Assembly: GCA_963726055.1 (NCBI GenBank)
Contig: CAVSAP010000001.1
Span: 259,980-323,979 of the forward strand
Length of the DNA: 64,000 nt
Source: an uncultured Chloroflexia bacterium
Lineage (GTDB): Bacteria; Chloroflexota; Limnocylindria; Limnocylindrales; CSP1-4
Direction of reading: 5' to 3'
This document shows positions 42,006 through 52,563 of this stretch, piece by piece. Position numbers and translations under genes: made by a program. Below the pieces are notes generated by a model. The model was not told the DNA's origin and ran no database searches. It saw nothing but the letters and a program-made list of their open reading frames with translations. The first letter of the stretch is position 1, and the number at the start of each line of letters is the position of its first letter.

Positions 42006-43575
42006 CAGGTGCCGCCTCGGCGGTCATCGGCCTCGGCGGCCACCACTTCTGCGGCGACGTCTTCGGGCATCTGTGCGTCGGCCTTGAGGTCGTACGCCGC
42101 GCGCAGGAGGGTCGGTTCATCGGCGTCGGCGACCGGGATCTCGGCGACTACCCGACCGTGGAAGATCACGATCGTCCGGTCGCAGGCGAGCTGGATCTCC
42201 TTGAGCTCGGACGTGTAGAGCAGGACGGCCGCGCCCTCCGCGGCGAGATCGCGCAGCAACTGGTAGATCTGCTGCTTCGTTCCGATGTCGATGCCGCGGG
42301 TCGGATCGAAGCAGAGCATCGTCCGGACGCCGCCGGCGACCCAGCGGGCGATCGTGACCTTCTGCTGGTTGCCGCCCGACAGGCGCCGGACCTCGGCCGC
42401 GGCGCGGGTGTCGATCTGGAGCGTCGCGATCGCCTTGTCGACCTTGCGTCGCTCGCCGGCGACATCGATCGGGACCCCACGCGCCGAAGCTCGTCGTGAA
42501 CGGCAGGGCGATGTTCTCGCGGACCGAGCGCTGCATCAGGAGGGCCTCGGCGCGGTCGGCCGGGACGTAGACGAGGCCGGCCCGGATCGCGTCGGCCGGA
42601 TGGCGGAACGAGACCGCCGCGCCGTCGACGAGGAACTCGCCGCCGCCCGGTCGTTCCGAGCCAGACAGGATGTCGAACAGTTCGTCCTGACCCTGCCCCT
42701 CGAGGGCGACGACACCGAGCACCTCGCCGGGATACAGGTCGAACGAGACGTCCGTGAGCTTCGTCCCGAAGCTCAGGTTGCGAGCGCTGATGCGCGGGAT
42801 CGCTTCGGCCGGATGGCCCGGCGCTGGCCGCGACGTCGGCGACGCGCGCCGGGAGGTCGCGGACCATGTCGCCCAGCATCAGGGCGACGATCTTGTGTTC
42901 GGAGCCGGCCGTGACGTCGACGACACCGACGGTCTGGCCCTCTCGGAGGACGGTCGCCCGGTCGCAGACGGCCGCGATCTCGATCATCCGATGCGAGATG
43001 AAGATCACCGATCGGTCGGTGCCGCGCTGGCGCCCGATGACCTCGAGGACGAGCTCCGTCAGGTTTGCCGGCAGGGCCGCCGTCATCTCGTCGAGGAGGA
43101 GGACATCGGGCTCGATCGCCAGAGCGCGGGCGAGATCGATGACCCGCAGCGAGGCGAGTGGCAGGTCGCGGACGAGGTCGTTCAGGTCGAGGTCGGGGAG
43201 GCCCAGCTCGGCGAGCCAATGACGAGTGGCCTCGACCGGAGACTGGGTCAGGCGGAGGTTCGAGCGGACATCGAGATCCGGGATGAGGGCCGGTTCCTGG
43301 TAGACCGAGACGACCCCACCGCGGCGGGCCTCGGCGGGCGAATGGGCGACGAATGGCTTGCCCCGGACGAGGATCGTCCCGCGGTCCGGGCGGACACCAC
43401 CGGTGAGGATCTTGACGAGCGTGCTCTTGCCGGCGCCGTTCGCGCCCATGAGCGCGTGAACCTCGCCCGGACGAACCGCGAGCGAGGCGGATCGCAGTGC
43501 GACAACCGCCCCGTAGTGCTTCGCGACGTCCGTGGCGTTCAGCAGGAGGTCAGGTGCGCCGTCGATCACGTGCAA
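42005..43575 (-). CDS. Sugar ABC transporter ATP-binding protein (two ABC domains, RbsA/MglA-type); two +1 frame changes (about 42817 and about 42477) as assembled
   Basis: Three ORFs in three frames cover the gene. ORF 42166..43575 gives GANGAGKSTLVKIL and LLLDEMTAAL. ORF 42117..42722 gives LGVVALEGQGQDELFDILSG. ORF 42005..42319 gives MLCFDPTRGIDIGTKQQIY. The joins are seamless. Confidence 0.85.
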
Positions 43576-43661
43576 GTTCGTCCTGGCGGAGTGTGCAAGG
43601 TCGGAAACGGGGGTGCCGGCGGAGCCGGCACCCCCATGCTCAGTCGCGTCAGGGAGTCGGG

Positions 43662-44729
43662 CTATGCCTCGCCCGGGCCCTTGCAGGCGATCAGTTCGGG
43701 CTTGGTATAGGTGGTCCAGTCCTTGATCGTCAGGCCGAGTGGCCAGGTCTTGGGGAGCGACGGGTCGGCTGCTGCCGTCAGGCTCGCCTTGCCGGCGTCA
43801 TCGGTGTTGGTCCACAGCTCGGGGGTCACGTGGACCGTCGTCTCGGTCGGCTTCTGGCCGGCGAGGATCTGGAGCGCGAGGGTGACACCGGCGCCGCCGA
43901 TCGATGCCGGGTTGGTGACCGCGGCGCCCTTCGGGCCGTCGGCCGCCAGCAGCTGGGTGACGAAGCCGGCATTGTCCGCGCCGACGATCGGCACGTACGG
44001 ATGGTTTGCTGCCTTGAGCGCGTCAACGATGTTGGAGTCGACGCCCGACGTCCAGATGCCGTCGAACTTCGTGCCGGCGCTCATGATGTCGTTGATCTGG
44101 CCGGTCGCGATCGCGGGATCCCACTTGGTGACCGCGGTGCTGGCGATCGTGATGCCGGGGTTTTCCTTGAGGGCCCTCTGGAAGCCCGTGTCGCGATCCG
44201 TGTCGGCCGGATGGCCGGCGATGCCGCGCATGTAGACCACGGCGCCCGTGCCGCCCATCTCCTTGAACAGCCACGATGCGCCGAGATAGGCGTACTGCTC
44301 CTGGTCATTGGACAGGTTGTAGGCGCCCGGCGCGGTGACCGAGGCGTCGACGGAGACGACCGTGATGCCCGCGTCGATGGCCTCTTTGATGGCCGGATTC
44401 AGCGCGTCCGGACCGGCCGGGTTGATGATGATCGCGTTGACGCCCTGGGCGATCAGCGTCCGGATGTCGGACAGCTGGCCGGGCGCGTCGGTGTCGCGGT
44501 GGATGATCGTGACCTTGGAGACGTTGCCGGCCTTGACGGCCTGCGCCTTGGCGGAGCAGAGCATCGCCTCGCGCCAGCCGTTGCCGACGCCTCCCGGGTT
44601 CGTGAACCCGATGGTGTAGGACGTGGCCCCACCGCTCGCCGCCGGGGCTGCGGAACAGGCTCCTGCGACCACGGCGATGGCCGCCAAGCCGATCATCACC
44701 CTGGCGATGATCGATCCCTTCTGGATCAT
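43662..44729 (-). CDS. Sugar ABC transporter substrate-binding lipoprotein (periplasmic binding protein type I)
   Basis: ORF 43662..44828 trimmed to ATG 44729 with SD AGGAGG. The lipobox is VVAGACS. It has the typical PBP-I pattern. Confidence 0.85.
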   Translation of the reverse strand: MIQKGSIIARVMIGLAAIAVVAGACSAAPAASGGATSYTIGFTNPGGVGNGWREAMLCSAKAQAVKAGNVSKVTIIHRDTDAPGQLSDIRTLIAQGVNAIIINPAGPDALNPAIKEAIDAGITVVSVDASVTAPGAYNLSNDQEQYAYLGASWLFKEMGGTGAVVYMRGIAGHPADTDRDTGFQRALKENPGITIASTAVTKWDPAIATGQINDIMSAGTKFDGIWTSGVDSNIVDALKAANHPYVPIVGADNAGFVTQLLAADGPKGAAVTNPASIGGAGVTLALQILAGQKPTETTVHVTPELWTNTDDAGKASLTAAADPSLPKTWPLGLTIKDWTTYTKPELIACKGPGEA

Positions 44730-44846
44730 TGGTACTCCTCCTCGTGCGATCGACGCGCCAACATGGCCGCGCCGTAACGGGATCGCCCCGATAACCCGGG
44801 GACCGATCGTGAAATCGGTCGTCTTCACCTCCTGCGAGGGATTCGC

Positions 44847-45650
44847 TCAGCCATCGGCGGATTCACCGCCGATCGCGCGGGCGACACGCCTCGCGTGCTC
44901 TCGATAGGCCTCGTCGAAGAGGATCCGCGAGCGCTCGGCGCCTACGACCGAAGCTCGGGTGATGACGGGCGGCATGGCTCCGCGCTCGACGAGCAGCTCG
45001 GCCGTGCGGACCTTGATGGAGTTCACGATTCCGACGGCGGCTATCGTAGAGCCCGGACCGACCGGTGTATCCAGGCCCTCGATCGTGCACATCGCGTCAG
45101 CATGAGGGGTACAGAGGTCGATCGTCAGGTCGGCCTCGTCCATGAGTCGGCTTCCGACGGCCGGATCCGGATCATCCGAGAGGGATTGGGCGGTCGAGGT
45201 CACCGCGATGACACGGACGCCGCGCCGTCGTGCCCCGCGCGCCATCTCGACGGGGACGGCGGAGAGGCCGCCTGCCGAGAACACGATCATGACGTCGAGC
45301 GGGCCGAACGTGAAGTTCGAGAGGATGACCTCCGCGAGCCCGGGCGTCCGCTCGATGAACATCGCCTGGCGCTGGCCGTTCGCGCCGACGACCTGGGTGT
45401 GGAACGTCATCGACAGCTCGACCATCGGGTTGAAGCCCGGATACGAGCCGTAGCGCGGGAACATCTCCTCGACCGGGATCCGCGAGTGGCCGGTCCCGAA
45501 CAGGTGGACGAGCCCGTCCGCGGCGATCGCCTCGGCCGCCCATTGGGAGGCCGTCTCGATCGCCTCGGCCTGGGTTCGGGCGACGTGATCGAGGAGGGCG
45601 CTTGCCTCCGTCATCCAGGCCAGGGCCGGCGTGGCCATCGACGCGGTCAC
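44847..45650 (-). CDS. SIS (sugar isomerase) domain protein, UPF0309-like
   Basis: ORF 44847..45650. Motifs LVHLFGTGHSRIPVEE and VMIVFSAGGLSAVPVE. Confidence 0.75.
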   Translation of the reverse strand: MTASMATPALAWMTEASALLDHVARTQAEAIETASQWAAEAIAADGLVHLFGTGHSRIPVEEMFPRYGSYPGFNPMVELSMTFHTQVVGANGQRQAMFIERTPGLAEVILSNFTFGPLDVMIVFSAGGLSAVPVEMARGARRRGVRVIAVTSTAQSLSDDPDPAVGSRLMDEADLTIDLCTPHADAMCTIEGLDTPVGPGSTIAAVGIVNSIKVRTAELLVERGAMPPVITRASVVGAERSRILFDEAYREHARRVARAIGGESADG

Positions 45651-46736
45651 GATCCTGCCGCGGCCGATGCCGCCTCGGGACGTTCGACGAGCGTGGCATC
45701 AAGCTCGACCGGCTCGAGCCGGCCGCTGTCCATCGAGCGATACGCTGCGTCGAGGATGGCATTCACGATGTAGCCGTCCCGGAAGGTCTCGCGTGGTGTC
45801 GTGCCCGAACCGAAGGCAGCGACGACGTCCTGCATCATCGCGTCGTGGCCGTGCACGTGGGTCTCGTCGGGGACTGGGAAGACCCAGCCGGTGTCCGCGT
45901 CCATCTTCTCGCCGAGGTAGCCCGCCGGCCGCTCGATGAAGGCGCGCATCGGCGTGGAGGTCATGTCCTGGATGATCCGGCCGGCTTCGCCGTAGACCTC
46001 GAACCGACCCTCGAGGCCGCCCTTCGACGACCATGAGACATCCATCGTGGCGGCGCGTCCATCCTCGAAGCGGACGACCATGATCGCGTTGTCCTCGCCC
46101 GTGGTCTTGTCCCGGTGGACCAGCGTCGCGCCCCACGCGAACACATCACGAACGGTCGACCTCCTTGCCGAACACGTAGCGGGCGGCCTCCACGCCGTGG
46201 GACGCCATGTCGAGCAGGGCGCCCCCACCGGCCAGCTCCGCGTCCCAGAAGTGCGCGGCGTGCGGGCCACTGTGACCTTCGCGAGCCCTGAACGTCAGCG
46301 GGCGGCCGATCGCTCCGGCCTCGACCATCTCGCGCATGCGGATCATCTCGGTGCCGTAGACCACGTTCTCGAGATAGGCATTGAACACGCCCGCGTCCTG
46401 GACCAGGCGCAGCATCTCGGCCGCCTCGGTCGCGTTGCGGCCGAGTGGCTTGGTGCACGCAACGGCCTTCCCGTGGGCGGTGGCGGCCCGAACGGCCTCG
46501 AGATGCAGGTGATTCGGTAGGGAGACGACGACCAGGTCGACCTCGGGATCCGCACAGACCCCCTCGATCGAGTCGAAGGCCCGGCTGCCGAACCGCTTGG
46601 CGAACGCCTCGCGGCGCTCGGCGCCGGCGCCGTAGTTCGCAACGACACGCGCCTCCGGAACATGCCGGAGTCCGAGCGTGTGGAACTCGCCGATGAACCC
46701 GGACCCGAGCATGCCGATGCCGACCGGAGACGGCAT
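45647..46736 (-). CDS. Gfo/Idh/MocA-family oxidoreductase; one +1 frame change near 46154 as assembled
   Basis: The N-terminal half is ORF 46146..46736 (MPSPVGIGMLGSGFIGEFH...EKPL-like CTKPLG). The C-terminal half is ORF 45647..46270 (VRDVFAWGATLVHRDKTTGEDNAIMVVRFEDG...). It is a paralogue of the intact 51364..52563. Confidence 0.8.
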
Positions 46737-47476
46737 CAGTACGCGCCCGTTTCAGCCGTGGCCGGGGCGGTTGGGGTCGCCCCGGCACGCCGCGCACGGA
46801 AGTCGTCGATGATCGCCTTCGTCGCCGTCGCGCCGACCCGGGTGACGCCAAGGGCCATGACGTCGAGCAGGGCGTCGAGTGTCCGAACGCCGCCGGCGGC
46901 CTTGACCTGGATGTGCGGCGAGGTATTCGCCCGCATCAGCCGCAGGTCGTCGTGCGTGGCGCCGCCCGGGGCAAAACCTGTCGACGTCTTGACGAAGTCG
47001 GCCCCGGCCGCCTCCGACAGGCGGCACGCGCGGATCTTCTCGTCGTCGGTCAGGTAGGCGTTCTCGAAGATCACCTTGACGATCGCGCCGGACGGATGGG
47101 CGACGTCGACGATCGCGGCGATGTCGGCCTGAACCTCGTCGTCGCGGCCCGACTTGAGGGCGCCGATCTGGATGACCATGTCGAGCTCGATTGCGCCTTC
47201 GGCCAGGGCTCGGTGGGCCTCGAAGACCTTCGTCTCGGTTCGATGACTGCCGTGCGGGAAGCCGATGACCGTCCCGACCTTGACGTCGGTCCCTTCGAGG
47301 ATCGCGCGGGCGCGACCAACGTCCACCGGACGGACGCAGACCGACGCCACGTCGTACTCGGCCGCGAGCCGGCAGCCATCCTCGACGAACGCGTCGTCCA
47401 GCTCGGGACGGAGCAACGAGTGGTCGATCGTCTTGGCGATGTCACGCTCGGTCAGATCGTCGGGGATCGCGGTCAT
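46736..47476 (-). CDS. deoC: Deoxyribose-phosphate aldolase
   Basis: ORF 46736..47905 trimmed to ATG 47476. Motifs IDHSLLRPE, VCVRP and FVKTSTGF (Schiff-base Lys). Confidence 0.85.
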   Translation of the reverse strand: MTAIPDDLTERDIAKTIDHSLLRPELDDAFVEDGCRLAAEYDVASVCVRPVDVGRARAILEGTDVKVGTVIGFPHGSHRTETKVFEAHRALAEGAIELDMVIQIGALKSGRDDEVQADIAAIVDVAHPSGAIVKVIFENAYLTDDEKIRACRLSEAAGADFVKTSTGFAPGGATHDDLRLMRANTSPHIQVKAAGGVRTLDALLDVMALGVTRVGATATKAIIDDFRARRAGATPTAPATAETGAY

Positions 47477-47481
47477 GGTTC

Positions 47482-48396
47482 CTACTTGATGTACGGGCGG
47501 AGGATGTCGCGCGCGAGCAGGAAGCCGCGCTTGACGAGGTCGTCGGTCTTCTCGAAATCCCGGTCCTCGTGCTCGATGATGATGTCGCCGTCGTAGCCGG
47601 TTCGCCAGAGCGCCCCGAAGAGGTCGCCCCAGTCGACGTCGCCGAGCCCGGGCAGCCGTGGGATCTGCCAGCCCATCCCGAGCGAGAAGACGCCGCGCTC
47701 GTAGAGACCCTCGCGGTCGATCGTCAGGTCCTTGGCCTGGACGTGGAGGATGTGCGGCCCGAACTCCCGGATGAAGCGCGGGATGTCGATCATCTGGAGG
47801 ACGAGGTGGGACGGGTCGAAGTTCAGCCCGATCGAGCCGCCCCACTGCTCCAGGATCCTCCGCCAGATCCGCGGCGTGGTCGCGATGTTGTGGCCGCCGG
47901 GCCATTCGTTCTCGCTGAACAGCATCGGGCAGTTCTCGATCGTGATCTTCCGGCCGTGGTCCCCGGCGAATGAGACGATGTCAGGCCAGACCCGAAGCGC
48001 CTCGTCCCAGTTCTGGTCCTGGGTCTTCGCCGCGTCGCCGCCCATGAACGTGTTGACGAACGGGACGCCCATCTTCTCGGCCGCGGTGATGACGTGCTTC
48101 AGGTGGCCGATGACCATCTCGCGATGGGCCGGGTCGGGGTGGAGCGGGTTCGGGTAGTAGCCGAGCCCCGAGATCGACAGGCCCTTCGCTTCGGTCCTAT
48201 CGACGATCTCCGTTGCCTGGCCGGCCGACAGGTTTGCGACATCGATGTGCGATGTCCCGGCGTAGCGGCGGCTCTTGCCCGTCGACTGGGGCCAGCAGGC
48301 GATCTCGATGCTGTCGAAGCCGTTCGCGGCAGTCCAGTCGACGACGTCGGCGAGCGATGTCTCCGGGAACGGGGCGGTCAGCAGGCCGAGCTTCAT
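47482..48396 (-). CDS. Sugar phosphate isomerase/epimerase (xylose-isomerase-like TIM barrel)
   Basis: C-terminal 304 aa of ORF 47482..49707: MKLGLLTAPFPETSLADVVDWTAANGFDSIEIACWP...IIIEHEDRDF. It has an ATGA overlap with the upstream gene. Confidence 0.8.
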   Translation of the reverse strand: MKLGLLTAPFPETSLADVVDWTAANGFDSIEIACWPQSTGKSRRYAGTSHIDVANLSAGQATEIVDRTEAKGLSISGLGYYPNPLHPDPAHREMVIGHLKHVITAAEKMGVPFVNTFMGGDAAKTQDQNWDEALRVWPDIVSFAGDHGRKITIENCPMLFSENEWPGGHNIATTPRIWRRILEQWGGSIGLNFDPSHLVLQMIDIPRFIREFGPHILHVQAKDLTIDREGLYERGVFSLGMGWQIPRLPGLGDVDWGDLFGALWRTGYDGDIIIEHEDRDFEKTDDLVKRGFLLARDILRPYIK

Positions 48397-49607
48397 CGGG
48401 CAGCGACCCCGGCGTCGGCGGCACTGGTCGCCCGGGCCGTCGCGGGACCAGCGCCTCGTGCCACATCCACCCAGCGTCCCGCCCTGGCGCTCTCGGCAAT
48501 CGCGTCGTTCACGAGCATCTCGTCGTGGCCGTCGGCGAACGTCGCGTACGGGGGACGGTCGGCAGGACGGCCCGCCGCCACGTCGGCGTAGATCGCCCGG
48601 AAGAGCGCCCCGAATGTGTCGCCGAAGCCCTCGACGTGACCGGCGGGCAGGGCCGAGGCCGTGCGGCCGGCCGGGCCCATGAGCGCCGGGTTGCGAAGGA
48701 GGATCTCGTTTGGCCGATCGCGATGCCCGAGCCACAGGTGGTCCGGCGTCTCGGAGTCCCATGCCGCCGCCGACGTCGAGCCGCCGATCTCCCACTGGAG
48801 CGAGTTCTTGCGGCCGGCGCTGATCTGGGAGACGGCGACGGCTCCGCGTGCGCCGTTGGCGAAGCGGATCAGGATCGTGGCGGCATCCTCGGTCGCCATC
48901 TCGCGCGCGACCGTATCGGTCGACCGCTCGGTCGAGAACGTCTCGACGGGGCCTCGTGGCTCCGCCCGCTGCGTCACGAACGTCGCGAGATCGGCCATGA
49001 CGGCGACGATCGGCTGGCCGGTGAGGAACTGGACGAGGTCCAGCCAGTGCGAGCCGATGTCGCCGACCGCCCGGAGCGAACCGCCCTTGTCCGGCTCGAG
49101 CCGCCAGTTCCAGTCGGTATCGAGAAGGAGCCAATCCTGGAAGTACCGGCCGGTCACGAAGCGGACGTCGCCCAGGGCGCCGTCGGCGACGATCTCGCGA
49201 ACATGCTGGTGGAGCGGATAGAAGCGGATGTTGAAGTTGACGGCGTTGACCCGCCCACTCGCCGTGGCGAGTTCGACGAGGTCGGCCGACTCGCCGGCCG
49301 TCATCGCCAGTGGCTTCTCGCAGACGACATGCCGGCCGGCGGCAAGGATCTCGATGGCCTGGGGGACGTGGAGATGATTGGGGGACGTGACGTGGACGAC
49401 GTCGACTGTCGGATCGTCGAGAATCGCCTCGAGCGACGGATACGCGTGCCCGACGCCGAGGGCCGCAGCCCGGGCGGCTCCGCGCTCCGGCGTGCTGCCG
49501 AGGACGCCCCGGACCTGAACACCGATCCGCCGGAGCGCCTCGACGTGGACCGTTCCGATGAAGCCCGTTCCGATTACGGCGGCGCCGATCCCGGCGATGC
49601 TCGTCAT
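48393..49607 (-). CDS. Gfo/Idh/MocA-family oxidoreductase
   Basis: ORF 48393..49673 trimmed to ATG 49607. Motifs IGAAVIGTGFIGTVHVEAL and VVCEKPLAM. Confidence 0.85.
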   Translation of the reverse strand: MTSIAGIGAAVIGTGFIGTVHVEALRRIGVQVRGVLGSTPERGAARAAALGVGHAYPSLEAILDDPTVDVVHVTSPNHLHVPQAIEILAAGRHVVCEKPLAMTAGESADLVELATASGRVNAVNFNIRFYPLHQHVREIVADGALGDVRFVTGRYFQDWLLLDTDWNWRLEPDKGGSLRAVGDIGSHWLDLVQFLTGQPIVAVMADLATFVTQRAEPRGPVETFSTERSTDTVAREMATEDAATILIRFANGARGAVAVSQISAGRKNSLQWEIGGSTSAAAWDSETPDHLWLGHRDRPNEILLRNPALMGPAGRTASALPAGHVEGFGDTFGALFRAIYADVAAGRPADRPPYATFADGHDEMLVNDAIAESARAGRWVDVARGAGPATARATSAADAGVAAR

Positions 49608-49796
49608 GCCCTGGCCAGCCCTCGCTCCTCGGCCCGACCGATCTAGAATGTCTAGACGGTTCGGTGATGGCACGGTCCCGCAGCGGGGCCGGTTCCACAG
49701 GCGGCACGCTCGCTGCGCGCTCGATCTTCGTTCGCCCCTGATCGTACTTTAGTCTGTCAAGTGCAAAAGTCGCGGTGATGAGGTTCTGTCACGGCG

Positions 49797-49802
49797 TATG
49801 AT
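49797..49802 (+). promoter_or_regulatory. Candidate -10 box TATGAT placed 6 nt before GTG 49809 (possible leaderless transcript of the ROK regulator)
   Basis: Read from the sequence. The spacing is typical of actinobacterial leaderless genes. No clear -35 was seen. Confidence 0.3.
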
Positions 49803-49808
49803 CGTGGC

Positions 49809-51114
49809 GTGGATGACGAGTCATCGATCCAACCGGCGGGCCGGATGGCACCGTTGCCGGACGAGGCCCTGGATGCGCTGGTGCTCGTCCTGGACGAGAT
49901 CCGATTCGGCCGGTCGCGGTCCCGCTCGGAGCTGGTCGCCCGGACCGGGCTCGGCCGTGCCATCGTGGTCAGGCGAGTTGGCGAGCTTCTCGATCGCGGC
50001 CTCGTCTCGGAGGGTGACGTCGGGCCGAGCACGGGCGGCCGGCCCCCGCGGCAGCTGAGGTTTCGCGCCGACGCCGGTCACGTCCTCGTTGCCGACCTCG
50101 GGGCGACGAGCGTCGACGTCGCGCTGACCAGCCTGGACGGACGGATCCTCGGTCATCACGGCGAGCCGGCCGAGATCGAGGCGGGGCCCGAGCGCTGCCT
50201 CGATCGCGTCGACGCGCTGTTTGACGCACTGCTGCGAACGACCCAATCGATCCCCGGACCGTTGTGGGGGATCGGGATCGGGGTCCCCGGCCCGGTCGAA
50301 TTCGAAGCCGGCCGGCCCATCTCGCCACCGATCATGCCGGGCTGGGACCTCTACCCGATCCGGGAGCGATTCGCCGCTCGCTATCGGGCTCCCGTCTGGG
50401 TCGACAACGACGTCAATGTCCTTGCCCTCGGCGAGTGGCGCTCGGGCATCGCGGCGGGGCACGACAACGTCGTGGTCGTCAAGATCGGAACCGGGATCGG
50501 GGCCGGGATCATCACTGGTGGCCGGCTCCATCGCGGTGCCCAGGGGAGTGCCGGCGACGTGGGCCACATCCAGGTGACCGACGACCCGACGGTCATCTGC
50601 CGCTGCGGCAACGTCGGCTGCCTCGAGGCGCTTGCCGGCGGGAGCGGCGCTGGGCCGAGCCGGCGAGGACGCGGCCCGGGAAGGGCGGTCGGCCAGGCTC
50701 GGGAGCGCCTTCGACCAGCACAATCGCGTGACCGCGGAGGACGTCGCGAGGGCTGCCTCGTTCGGCGATCCCGTCGCGGTCGCGCTGCTCCAGTCGGCCG
50801 GCCGGCGCGTCGGCTCGATGCTGGCGAGCGTCGTCAACTTCTTCAATCCGTCGCTGGTCGTCATCGGCGGCGGGGTCGCCAATAGCCCGGAGCAGCTTCT
50901 CGCCTCGATCCGCGAGACGGTCTACCGCCGCTCGCTACCGCTCGCGACGCGCGACCTCCTGATCCAGCGGTCGTCCCTCGGCGGCCTCGCCGGCGTGATT
51001 GGCGCCTCGTCGATGGTCGTCGACCAGCTCTTCTCGCGGGATGCGATCGGCGCCTGGCTCGAGGAAGGCGACCCGTCCGGGGTGCCCGAGGTGGCTCTCG
51101 CTGGCTCCGCCTGA
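49809..51114 (+). CDS. ROK-family transcriptional regulator (N-terminal wHTH plus ROK domain); one +1 frame change near 50643 as assembled
   Basis: ORF 49809..50885 gives SRSELVARTGLGRAIVVRRVGELLDRGLV... and GHIQVTDDPTVICRCGNVGCLEALAGG. It continues in ORF 50632..51114 as AALGRAGEDAAREGRSARLG...NPSLVVIGGGVA. Confidence 0.8.
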
Positions 51115-51151
51115 GCGGCGCCCATGGCCCGGTCGCCCGTTCGCGAGGTGC

Positions 51152-51319
51152 CTGCCAAATGTGCGCCTGGTGATCGTTGGACGGCGGCGAGCGGTCATTT
51201 CGGGGCGCACACGCCGCGAATCACGGTGCCGTTACCCGCCGGCAGCTAACAATTGGCCATCTGGACGATGACAGGGACCCAACCGGCTGTCCGACGTTCA
51301 CACAACGCACATTTGGCAG
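51152..51319. repeat. 14-nt inverted repeat CTGCCAAATGTGCG / CGCACATTTGGCAG separated by 140 nt, in a convergent intergenic region
   Basis: The arms are at 51152-51165 and 51306-51319, read directly from the sequence. Confidence 0.85.
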
Positions 51320-51363
51320 AGAGGGAGGGCACGAACGGCGAGGGGTACGAACGCGCGTCGCCG

Positions 51364-52563
51364 CTACCCGGCGACCACTCGGTCCGTGAAATCGCCGGTC
51401 GCCGGGTCCTTGAGGATCAGCTTCGCCCTGCCGTCAGGAAGCAGTTCGCGCTTGATGACCGTCTGGCCCTCGAAGGTCTCGTGGCTCTTCGCGATCCGTG
51501 GAGTCGACCCGCCGCGCCACTCGAACAGCTCGATGGGCTCCCAGGCCCGCGATTTCGCCGAGCGGTACGCGGCGTCCATGACCGCATTGACGACGTAGCC
51601 GTCGTAGAAGGTCTCGCGCGGCGCACGACCCTCCTCGAGGGACGTGAACATGTCCGAGAACATGTCGACGTAGCCGAGCTCGGACACCTCGTCGCCGACC
51701 GGGAACAGCCAGCCCGCGGACGTCTCTGCCTTCTCCGCGACGTAGCCGCCTCCGCCACCCGCAGTGAACATCTCGAAGCCCGTCCGCAGGAAGTGGTTGA
51801 GCCAGATCGTGCCATGCGTGCCCGCGACCTCGTCGCGCAGGTCCATCCCGCCACGAAACGTCCAGCTGACCTCGAACTGGCCGGTCGCCCCGGACTCGAA
51901 CCGGATCAGGGCGATCGCGTTGTCCTCGTCGTCGATGGGGTGGACGAGGGTATCGGTCGTGCACATCACCTCGAGCGGCCGGTTGCCCTTCCCGACGAAG
52001 CTCCGGATGATCTCGATGCAGTGGCAGCCGAGGTCGATGATCGCCCCGCCGCCGGTCAGTCGGCCATCCCAGAACCAGGCGCTGTGCGGCCCGGGATGAG
52101 TCTCGCGGGAACGCACCCAGGTGACGTCGCCGATCGCGCCCGCCTCGACCGATTTGAGCGCCTTGAGGGTTTTCGGCGTGTAGCAGAGGTCCTCGAGGTA
52201 GCCGCCGAACACGCCCGCGTTCTCGACCGCCTCGAGCATCCGCCGCGCTTCCTCCGCGGACCGACCGAGGGGCTTCGTGCAGAGCACGGCCTTGCCGGCC
52301 GCCGCCGCTAGGCCGACCGCCTCCTCGTGGAGATAGTTCGGCAGGCCGACGACGACGACGTCGGTGTCGGAGTGCTCGATCGCCGCCTTCAGGTCCGTCG
52401 TGTGCTCCGGGATCGACCAGCGCTCACTGAAGGCCTTGCCGCGTTCATCTGACTTGGAAAAGACGACGCGAACGTGGTCACGCCCGCGTTGGCCATGGAG
52501 CGTTGCCGTGTAGAAGTCGCCGATCAGCCCGGTCCCGAGCATCGCGACGTGTTGGGCCTTCAT
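51364..52563 (-). CDS. Gfo/Idh/MocA-family oxidoreductase
   Basis: ORF 51364..52563. Motifs [13 protein letters not shown] and LCTKPLGRS. Confidence 0.85.
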   Translation of the reverse strand: MKAQHVAMLGTGLIGDFYTATLHGQRGRDHVRVVFSKSDERGKAFSERWSIPEHTTDLKAAIEHSDTDVVVVGLPNYLHEEAVGLAAAAGKAVLCTKPLGRSAEEARRMLEAVENAGVFGGYLEDLCYTPKTLKALKSVEAGAIGDVTWVRSRETHPGPHSAWFWDGRLTGGGAIIDLGCHCIEIIRSFVGKGNRPLEVMCTTDTLVHPIDDEDNAIALIRFESGATGQFEVSWTFRGGMDLRDEVAGTHGTIWLNHFLRTGFEMFTAGGGGGYVAEKAETSAGWLFPVGDEVSELGYVDMFSDMFTSLEEGRAPRETFYDGYVVNAVMDAAYRSAKSRAWEPIELFEWRGGSTPRIAKSHETFEGQTVIKRELLPDGRAKLILKDPATGDFTDRVVAG

